From: Rhodospirillaceae bacterium
GTDB taxonomy: Bacteria > Pseudomonadota > Alphaproteobacteria > Rhodospirillales > UBA2165
DNA length: 41,236 bases
Assembly (NCBI GenBank): GCA_018649245.1
Contig: JABIIH010000286.1
Location: 1-41,236 of the forward strand
Reading direction: 5' to 3'
The notes below the pieces were generated by a model, which was not told where the DNA came from, ran no database searches, and saw only the letters and a program-made list of their open reading frames with translations. The position numbers and the translations under genes are program-made. This document shows, piece after piece, positions 9,422 to 16,155 of this stretch; position 1 is the first letter of the stretch, and the number at the start of each line of letters is the position of its first letter.

Positions 9422-10312
9422 GTGACCAATCAGCAAACTCAACCTACTCAAAGCAATATTCTCCTTGGCATTCTCTTGACCATTGCCGCTGGTAGCGCGA
9501 TGGCGATCATGGATGCGATTAGCAAACATTTAACCGGCTCTTTTAATGTCGTGCAGGTGCTCTGGAGCCGCTATTTTTTTCATGCCATTATTGTTGTTGT
9601 TTATCTTTTGGCGACCCGCTCACGCTCGGTTTTCAAATCTAACCGGCCGGTGACCCAACTGCAAAGATCGTTTGCGCTATTTGCCGCCACGGCAGCGATG
9701 TATACGTCTCTGGTCTATCTGCCCTTGGCTGATGCCGCTGCCGTACAGCACGTTGCCCCGATTTTGGTGACAATCATATCCGCCATATTTTTGGGCGAGA
9801 AAGTTGGGCTCAGGCGTTTTGGCGCCGTTGTCGCCGGCTTTATTGGTGTGCTGATCATTATTCAGCCGGGTGCGGAGTTTCAATGGCCGATTTTACTGCC
9901 GCTCATCACGGCGGTTATGCTGGCGATATTCTTAATCCAAACTCGGACGCTGCAAGAACATGATGATGCCTACACCACGCTGTTTTATTCAACACTTGTC
10001 GGTGTGGTTGTGTTTATCGCCATCGTGCCCTTGGTGTGGCGGCAGCCGACGCTTGATGAATTTTTATTGATGTGCGTTCAAGGCAGCCTCGGCGCAATTG
10101 GGCATCTTATGCTTATAAAGGGCTTTAAATACGCTTCTGCCTCGGTGCTGGCGCCGTTTCTCTATTCACAGTTGCTGGTGTCGGTGATCCTCAGCGTGAC
10201 ATTCCTCGCCGATCCGCTAACCGTCATGATGCTTGCTGGGGCCAGCCTCATCGTCGCCAGTGGTATCTACATCTGGCATCGTGAAGTCTATTTGGCGGCG
10301 CATGCTACTTAA
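9422..10312 (+). CDS. DMT superfamily (EamA-like) transporter
   Basis: 296 aa with GTG start. About 10 hydrophobic helices in two EamA-like halves. Last gene of the plus-strand operon. Confidence 0.85.
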   Translation: MTNQQTQPTQSNILLGILLTIAAGSAMAIMDAISKHLTGSFNVVQVLWSRYFFHAIIVVVYLLATRSRSVFKSNRPVTQLQRSFALFAATAAMYTSLVYLPLADAAAVQHVAPILVTIISAIFLGEKVGLRRFGAVVAGFIGVLIIIQPGAEFQWPILLPLITAVMLAIFLIQTRTLQEHDDAYTTLFYSTLVGVVVFIAIVPLVWRQPTLDEFLLMCVQGSLGAIGHLMLIKGFKYASASVLAPFLYSQLLVSVILSVTFLADPLTVMMLAGASLIVASGIYIWHREVYLAAHAT

Positions 10313-10808
10313 AATAAATCGACTTGGTTGTCGGATCGAAACCGACGACGGCGATCTCGCCCGGTTTTAATTCGATTTTTTGCGCGAATTTATACTGCGC
10401 TCCTGTGGCAGTCTCGGCTTCATACAGTTGCACCAGAACTTCATGACTACCGGCGGGTACGGGGAAGCGTTCGTAAAATAAAGAGCGCCCATCATTGGAG
10501 AGACCGGAGGGTTCTGAAACTGCTTCGAAAACTGTTTTGCCGTTGATTTTAAGTTGAACGGTCACCGGATGGCGCTCGCGTGGACAGTCCATGAGTTTAC
10601 GGGCAGTCTTAGGAATATTGCGTTGATGATCGATGGCTCGCTCTGTGCAAGGATGTATACGTTGCCCAGGATGACTGATCGCGAGCTTAACCAGTGCCTG
10701 ATCTTCGCCGAACGGGTGGTAGGTAGGCTGGCTGGCAAAATAGCCAATTCCCAAGGCAAAAAGGAAATAGGCAAAACCCTGGCCTAGGATATCTAACAAG
10801 CGTTTCAT
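10305..10808 (-). CDS. Hypothetical membrane-anchored protein, translationally coupled to the cyt b-FeS fusion gene
   Basis: 167 aa. One N-terminal TM helix (FAYFLFALGIGYFA) followed by a soluble domain with two Cys. Its start overlaps the upstream stop by 4 nt (ATGA). No family recognised. Confidence 0.6.
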   Translation of the reverse strand: MKRLLDILGQGFAYFLFALGIGYFASQPTYHPFGEDQALVKLAISHPGQRIHPCTERAIDHQRNIPKTARKLMDCPRERHPVTVQLKINGKTVFEAVSEPSGLSNDGRSLFYERFPVPAGSHEVLVQLYEAETATGAQYKFAQKIELKPGEIAVVGFDPTTKSIYFK

Positions 10809-12376
10809 TCGGCAGCCTCCTGCCCAGTCTTTCCACTAACATGCGGCAATTGCCGAAGATGTTCGGTAAAGGCAGCGATCTCGTCACTCAGCTTAGCGCC
10901 ATCGGTGACCGCACCCCAGCAGGTCCAAACCCGCTCCCTGGGCACCCGCTCGCGTAGATAAGGATCACGCTCACCAGTTAGCCGCTGCTCGGTCCAATTG
11001 ATGCCGAAGCGATGGTAGCAATCTCCTTCCCGGCAGCCGGTGAGCAACACACCATCGGCCTTATCACGCATCAGAATATAATCAATAAAAGACGGCGGCA
11101 GCATTCCAATACAGGGCAGACGGGTGACGACGACATTGGCGTCTTTGATTTGCTCGACATCGATACCAAAATCGCAGCCATAGATGATAATCCGGGGTGT
11201 ACCCGGCGGCAGAATTTTTGGTAATTTGGCGAGCGAAGCATCGGTATCGGCGCGTAACTCGGTCAGACGGAAATGCGGCAGATCAATCCCGGTCACCAGC
11301 ATGTCAGCGCTTCTGAACGGTGTTGCGGTCGGACACGCTCCGACACAAATACCACAGGATGTGCAAATATCCGGATCAACAGAGGCAATGCTGGGATAAG
11401 GCCGACCATCTGTTCTTGGCTGCATGGTTACCGCCCCGAATGGGCAATCGGCATAGCATCTCGAACAGCCATTACAGTTGAGGTTATCAACTTCGGCGGC
11501 CTCTTTGATTTTGAGACTTGGCATCCACGGCAGCCAGCAGACAAAGACGGAAAGAGTTATGGCGATGAGCCAAAGTGCGCCGGCACCCCACATATCAAAT
11601 AGGGGGTAGGCGAGGGCGTAATACCAATCCAGATCAACAGTGGTGACGACTTTATCAAGATTGGCCGGGCCATGACTAATAGCGGGTTTAACCAGTGATA
11701 GTGCCAATAGCATCAGCAATGTGCCGATGGCCAAGCCGCGTGGTGGATTAATGCGGGGCCGGCTGATTTTGACGACATGAACAAAGCAAGCTATCAATAA
11801 AAACAGCGGGATGGCGATATGCAGAAACAGCAAAAGCGAGAACATGCGGTCGCTGAAGCTTGCTGGTGTCAGAAAGTTGTTAGCCAGCGGCTCACCAAAT
11901 ATGCCGAGCCAATCCAACCATTCTGACGAGGCGATCATGAGATATTGCGCGAGTTCATCCCAGACCAGCCAATAGCCACCGATGCCCGAGGCATAGAGCA
12001 GCCATATGATGGGCACACCGGAGACCCAGGTAAACCACCGGACTCCGCGGTAACGGTCCATGATGAACTCCCGGCCCATATGAATGAAAGTCGTCACCAC
12101 CATGGCGTCGGAGGCATAGCGGTGAAAGCTGCGCATAATGCCACCAGCATACCACTGATCATGGGTCATGCTTTCCACCGATTGGAAGGCCCCGGTGACG
12201 CTGGTTTCAAAAAAGATGTAGACGTAGATGCCACTGACCGCGACGATCCAGAAAAAGTAAAATGACAAGGCGCCAAGATGACGCAAAGGGTTCCATTCCG
12301 GACCAAAAGGGCGATCGAACCAACCTTCAAATTTCAGCAGAACTGCTTGAAGGGGACGCTGAATATTTTTGAGCAT
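10805..12376 (-). CDS. Fusion protein: dihaem cytochrome b-like membrane domain + 2x[4Fe-4S] ferredoxin + MvhD/FlpD-like domain
   Basis: 523 aa. Two H-x13-H pairs in TM helices (FHRYASDAMVVTTFIH, LHIAIPLFLLIACFVH). CNGCSRCYADCP and CTSCGICVGACP. C-terminal YGCDFG...LPCIGMLPP...KADGVLLTGCREGDCYHRFG. Confidence 0.75.
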   Translation of the reverse strand: MLKNIQRPLQAVLLKFEGWFDRPFGPEWNPLRHLGALSFYFFWIVAVSGIYVYIFFETSVTGAFQSVESMTHDQWYAGGIMRSFHRYASDAMVVTTFIHMGREFIMDRYRGVRWFTWVSGVPIIWLLYASGIGGYWLVWDELAQYLMIASSEWLDWLGIFGEPLANNFLTPASFSDRMFSLLLFLHIAIPLFLLIACFVHVVKISRPRINPPRGLAIGTLLMLLALSLVKPAISHGPANLDKVVTTVDLDWYYALAYPLFDMWGAGALWLIAITLSVFVCWLPWMPSLKIKEAAEVDNLNCNGCSRCYADCPFGAVTMQPRTDGRPYPSIASVDPDICTSCGICVGACPTATPFRSADMLVTGIDLPHFRLTELRADTDASLAKLPKILPPGTPRIIIYGCDFGIDVEQIKDANVVVTRLPCIGMLPPSFIDYILMRDKADGVLLTGCREGDCYHRFGINWTEQRLTGERDPYLRERVPRERVWTCWGAVTDGAKLSDEIAAFTEHLRQLPHVSGKTGQEAAE

Positions 12377-12390
12377 GTTATTTTAAATCT

Positions 12391-13326
12391 TTATATCGTC
12401 GAGCCGTTCGAAGTCTCGGAGTGTTGGTCGGCGGGCTTAAACCATAAGCGCCAGATATTTTTAACCAGGAAACTGCCTATCAATAAAAGGACAACAGCGC
12501 TGAGGAACATACCGATAAAGAATGAATAATCAAACCGATATTTACCGGCATAGGGATCGTAAATAGTGCAAAATAATTTTACCTGGTTGAGCAGAGAGTC
12601 AAAGCTTGTCAAAGACTTGGCAGTGCCGAGCAGTAATTGTTTAAGCGGTTCGGTAAGCCGTGTGGCTTCGAAGTCCTGGCCGTAAATCTGTGCATAAACT
12701 TCACCTTTGGCATCAATTAATGTGGTTTGAGTGAGGTGATCAAAGCCTTTAGGTGAGGTGAAATAGATAAAACCGGTATCGGCAGAGAGGCGTTCGACAA
12801 CATCTGGTTTGCCGCTTAACACCTGCCAGTTCGCATCACCGACAGCTTGTTGCTTGGCAAATGATTTCATCGCGCGCGGCGTATCTCGAAGCGTGTCGAA
12901 ACCAACTGAGATTACATTAAAATCTGCAGATCCGAGAGCCTCGCGGGCATCTTTGACGGCATCCATTAAATTCTGGGTCATCACAGGGCAGGTATGGGCA
13001 CAGCTTGAATAAACCATACTAAGCACCAATGGTTTACCCAGATATTGATTAAGATTAACAATTTTATTTTCTGTACTGATGAACTTGTAATGTCCAACTG
13101 TCTTACCGATGGCGGATTGACTGTAATTGTAAGCTGCTTGGGGTTCGAACTTGGCAGCGCCGGGGAAAGATTCTTTGGTGACGGTTCGAGCTGATTGACC
13201 CGGCTCCTGATGAGAGGATTTTGCACTATCATCATGCGCTTGGACAGGCGTTGCAGCAATAAGGCTCATTACAATTAGAATAATGATAACCCATAAACCG
13301 CTTATTTTTTTCGCCCGTAAATTCAT
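12391..13326 (-). CDS. SCO1/SenC family copper chaperone / thiol-disulfide oxidoreductase
   Basis: 311 aa. Thioredoxin-like CxxxC in VYSSCAHTCP, downstream FDHLTQT His. N-terminal signal-like peptide (…ATPVQA/HDD) and a C-terminal TM helix (FFIGMFLSAVVLLLIGSFLV). Confidence 0.85.
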   Translation of the reverse strand: MNLRAKKISGLWVIIILIVMSLIAATPVQAHDDSAKSSHQEPGQSARTVTKESFPGAAKFEPQAAYNYSQSAIGKTVGHYKFISTENKIVNLNQYLGKPLVLSMVYSSCAHTCPVMTQNLMDAVKDAREALGSADFNVISVGFDTLRDTPRAMKSFAKQQAVGDANWQVLSGKPDVVERLSADTGFIYFTSPKGFDHLTQTTLIDAKGEVYAQIYGQDFEATRLTEPLKQLLLGTAKSLTSFDSLLNQVKLFCTIYDPYAGKYRFDYSFFIGMFLSAVVLLLIGSFLVKNIWRLWFKPADQHSETSNGSTI

Positions 13327-13364
13327 CTGGTGTTCCCGTTTTTTTTTAGATTTTGGAAAGAACT

Positions 13365-13392
13365 CCGACGGACGGGTAGGAACGTCCGCCGG
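13365..13392 (-). other. Intercistronic stem-loop between oxidase subunit I and SCO/SenC genes
   Basis: CCGACGGACG-GGTAGGAA-CGTCCGCCGG: a 10-bp GC-rich stem with one mismatch and an 8-nt loop. There is no U-tract after it on the transcribed (minus) strand. Confidence 0.35.
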
Positions 13393-13421
13393 ATTTCTTC
13401 ATTGAGGTCTTACGTAACTAG

Positions 13422-15116
13422 TTAACTGAGGCCCCAAGTGGAGGCTAGGAATTTCCAGTTAACAAAGAAGTACAGCACAAACACGGCCAGGAATATAAGG
13501 GCCAAGGTGAAGGTGCCGGATACATTGGCAACGCCTGCGCTGCCATGTGCCGTCATTGCAGATGGTACATCAGCGACGGGTGGCTCTGGTGCCGCTGCTG
13601 CCGGAACCTCGTCACGGTTTTTACCCCATAACAACGAACCAACAATCACGACCACGAACATCACGCCGCCGATCGTTGCAATCGTTGCAAAGACGCCATT
13701 GATGCCCATCATCAGATGTGCCAGTGCCGGATGATCAAACTTAATCGCCGCATCGGCGTAGGTGATATCCCAGTGACGGCGGGAAATACCCAAAGTGCCG
13801 GCACCCATCATGGCAAGCGAGATACCTGCAACGCCTAAGCCGAAGAAGTATGGCTGCCATTTAGCCCAACCCGGCAAGATGAGTTCACGCCGGAACAAGA
13901 CTGGCACCAGCCAATAGGTGATCGCCATAAACGCCAAGGTCGTACCCGCGGCAACTGTGCCATGGAAGTGACCCGGTACATAAAGCGTATTGTGGACAAT
14001 GATATTGACCTGTTCTTGGCCCATGATCACGCCAGTAATACCACCCAGTACGCCAAACAACACCAAGGAGATGAACATGCCCGAGAACACCGGGTTACCC
14101 CAAGGAGCTTTACGGAGCCATTCAAACAGCCCGTTGGTGTAGCCTTTTTTGCGTTGAGCTGCTTCGATCGCACCTGGTACCGTCAGGCCGTGGATCATAC
14201 TAGCCATCACTGCGAGATAGAGCAGATAGCTGGTATTGACGATCTTCCATTCCGAGCTTAGCCCCGGTTCCACCAGAAGATGGTGAGCCGATGCTAATTG
14301 CAGGAACAAGATGTACATCAGGAAGGCAAAGCGGCTAACTTTTTCCGACAGTGGTTTTGCACCGAACAGAATAGCTGCAATGGCGTACCAAACCGCAATA
14401 TGAGCGGCGACGTTGATTTGCTGGGATGAGTGACCCATTGCCCACCAAATTACTTTGTACATCAACGGATCAATGTAAGCGATCAAGCCCACCGACCAAA
14501 GGAAGGTCGGGATTAAAATTACGGCACCCGAGGCAATAGTGAAAACGGCGATAATAGCTGCCGTCATTGCTCCGAAAGTGACGAGCGGGATTGAGCCTTC
14601 ATAGGTCTTTTCAGCTTTAGCGATTACCAAAGTGGCGAAGAAGACTGCACAGCCACACAAAGCACCGACAGCAAAGACAATGATGCCGATATAGAACAAT
14701 GGATCGGCCTGCATTGGCACATACGAGGTGAACATAACATTCGATTCACCTTGCAAGACAATAACCACTGTCAGCAAAGCACCAATTGTCATCAGCCAGT
14801 AGCCGAGCCAGGCCAGTTTTGGCAGCGCCAATCTCACATTCAGCAATATAGAGGATGCAAAATAAAGCAAGGCCATCTCAAAATAGATGAGCCAAACCAG
14901 CAAGATGACAATGCCATGGGCGGTTAGCACCATGTAAAAATCATCGGCACCCAATAGATGGATTTCAGGCCATCTGGTTAACGCGACAAGAAAGCCGAGC
15001 AAACCACCAATTGCCAAAAAGACAATACTGGTTACGGCATTCCACTTAATTAGTTTTTCGCCAGCGAGATCGACTTTAAAGCCGGTGTCGGGGCAAATGC
15101 GATAAGGACTAGTCAT
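13422..15116 (-). CDS. Heme-copper oxidase subunit I, B-family-like, lacking the His-Tyr cross-link tyrosine
   Basis: 564 aa, about 13 TM helices. Haem ligands LTAHG and VHNTLYVPGHFHG. CuB ligands GH(229) and ASAHH(278/279)LL. Collinear by eye with ba3-type subunit I, but GHSSQQ replaces GHPIVY. Confidence 0.9.
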   Translation of the reverse strand: MTSPYRICPDTGFKVDLAGEKLIKWNAVTSIVFLAIGGLLGFLVALTRWPEIHLLGADDFYMVLTAHGIVILLVWLIYFEMALLYFASSILLNVRLALPKLAWLGYWLMTIGALLTVVIVLQGESNVMFTSYVPMQADPLFYIGIIVFAVGALCGCAVFFATLVIAKAEKTYEGSIPLVTFGAMTAAIIAVFTIASGAVILIPTFLWSVGLIAYIDPLMYKVIWWAMGHSSQQINVAAHIAVWYAIAAILFGAKPLSEKVSRFAFLMYILFLQLASAHHLLVEPGLSSEWKIVNTSYLLYLAVMASMIHGLTVPGAIEAAQRKKGYTNGLFEWLRKAPWGNPVFSGMFISLVLFGVLGGITGVIMGQEQVNIIVHNTLYVPGHFHGTVAAGTTLAFMAITYWLVPVLFRRELILPGWAKWQPYFFGLGVAGISLAMMGAGTLGISRRHWDITYADAAIKFDHPALAHLMMGINGVFATIATIGGVMFVVVIVGSLLWGKNRDEVPAAAAPEPPVADVPSAMTAHGSAGVANVSGTFTLALIFLAVFVLYFFVNWKFLASTWGLS

Positions 15117-15128
15117 AATCTTTTTCCC

Positions 15129-15674
15129 CTACTTGCTGTCTTTGACATACATTTTGCCGACCATGGTATGGTGACCAGAGCCGCAAAATTCGTTACAGAT
15201 AATGCCAAATTCACCGGAACTCGTTGGTGTGATGGTTACGACCATGTCGTAATTTGGATGAACTTGCAGATTGATATTCTCCGGTTGCAGCGAAAAGCCA
15301 TGCTGGTAATCCAAGGAAGAAAGATGCAATCGATAGCTCTTACCTTTTTCGAGTTCCAGAATTGGCCACCAATCCCACAAACGAGCCAGCATATAAACGT
15401 CGCTGCCAGCAGGTGGTTTAACTACTGGGACATCGTTGTCGCCTTCGACTCTTACTTGATATTTTTTGGCAAAAGCCTCAGTTTTCTCAGCATATTTGTC
15501 GGCGGTTATTTTATATGCTTCGTTAGATAAATTCTGGTCGCCTGTCAGATGCCAGTACGGCATCATGAAAAACATGATCAAGCCCCAGATAAAAGCAATG
15601 GTAACCCAAAGCACTTCGGTTTTTTCTACCGGCTTTGACCACCATATGCGATCTTCAGGAGGATAAATTGACAT
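15129..15674 (-). CDS. Heme-copper oxidase subunit II with CuA centre (short, single-TM, ba3-like)
   Basis: 181 aa. One TM helix (VLWVTIAFIWGLIMFFMMPYW). Full CuA motif: H in YQHGF plus CNEFCGSGHHTM (CxExCGxxHxxM). AAGAGG SD upstream. Confidence 0.9.
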   Translation of the reverse strand: MSIYPPEDRIWWSKPVEKTEVLWVTIAFIWGLIMFFMMPYWHLTGDQNLSNEAYKITADKYAEKTEAFAKKYQVRVEGDNDVPVVKPPAGSDVYMLARLWDWWPILELEKGKSYRLHLSSLDYQHGFSLQPENINLQVHPNYDMVVTITPTSSGEFGIICNEFCGSGHHTMVGKMYVKDSK

Positions 15675-15736
15675 AGTTATTACCTCTTAAATGTAAAACG
15701 GATATTTTATTAAACAGAACATGAAGCCTCAGCGCT

Positions 15737-15907
15737 CTATGGAGCGAGAGGGATGGCGGTGATTTCAATAATTCCCCAGATGATGTAAACCACCGTCGGA
15801 ATTGCAACGCCCAAAAACAAAAGTAAGAAATGATTATCCAAGAACCGCTGCATGAACGGAATATCCGCATCTGATGCAGGCGGTGATGGTTGATCTGAAG
15901 GTGTCAT
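15737..15907 (-). CDS. Unlisted 56-aa single-TM peptide upstream of the oxidase genes
   Basis: My codon-by-codon translation gives MTPSDQPSPPASDADIPFMQRFLDNHFLLLFLGVAIPTVVYIIWGIIEITAIPLAP, then TAG. GGGGA lies 7 nt upstream of the ATG. It is below the apparent size cutoff of the ORF track. It sits 62 nt upstream of subunit II on the same strand. Confidence 0.45.
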   Translation of the reverse strand: MTPSDQPSPPASDADIPFMQRFLDNHFLLLFLGVAIPTVVYIIWGIIEITAIPLAP

Positions 15908-16079
15908 AATTGGTCCCCTTTAATGATATTTCTCAAGCGATCCGCTTAAATTTCATAGACGAATCGCGCACCTCATCAGGAGACCATAGCTTAAGCTGGC
16001 TGTCCTTAACTGTGGTTAGTTCCAATTAGTCGCAGAAATCGGCGTTTTTTTTGGATGGTTAAATAATTCAAATGGTGTT

Positions 16080-16093
16080 TTGACGTAGATCAA
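16080..16093. promoter_or_regulatory. FNR/DNR-type box TTGAC-GTAG-ATCAA
   Basis: 9/10 match to the TTGAT-N4-ATCAA consensus. It lies in the 248-nt divergent region, about 62 nt upstream of the Crp/Fnr regulator start and about 173 nt upstream of the 56-aa ORF. Confidence 0.55.
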
Positions 16094-16155
16094 AAGCAAA
16101 TTACGAAATTCGGTATAGGATAGCGGAATTAAAAGTTTTAATTTCTGGAGAATAT

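Noticed and set aside
15655-15870. 71-aa minus-strand ORF listed in the track upstream of subunit II
   Set aside because: It overlaps the subunit II start codon region, has no SD, and has a Cys/Arg/Ser-rich sequence without a clean TM helix. The alternative-frame 56-aa ORF (15737-15907) is better supported.
16031-16052. T8 run preceded by a short GC stem (CGCAGAAATCGGCG TTTTTTTT) as a rho-independent terminator
   Set aside because: The stem is only about 3 bp, and no plus-strand gene ends upstream of it. It is more likely just AT-rich promoter DNA.
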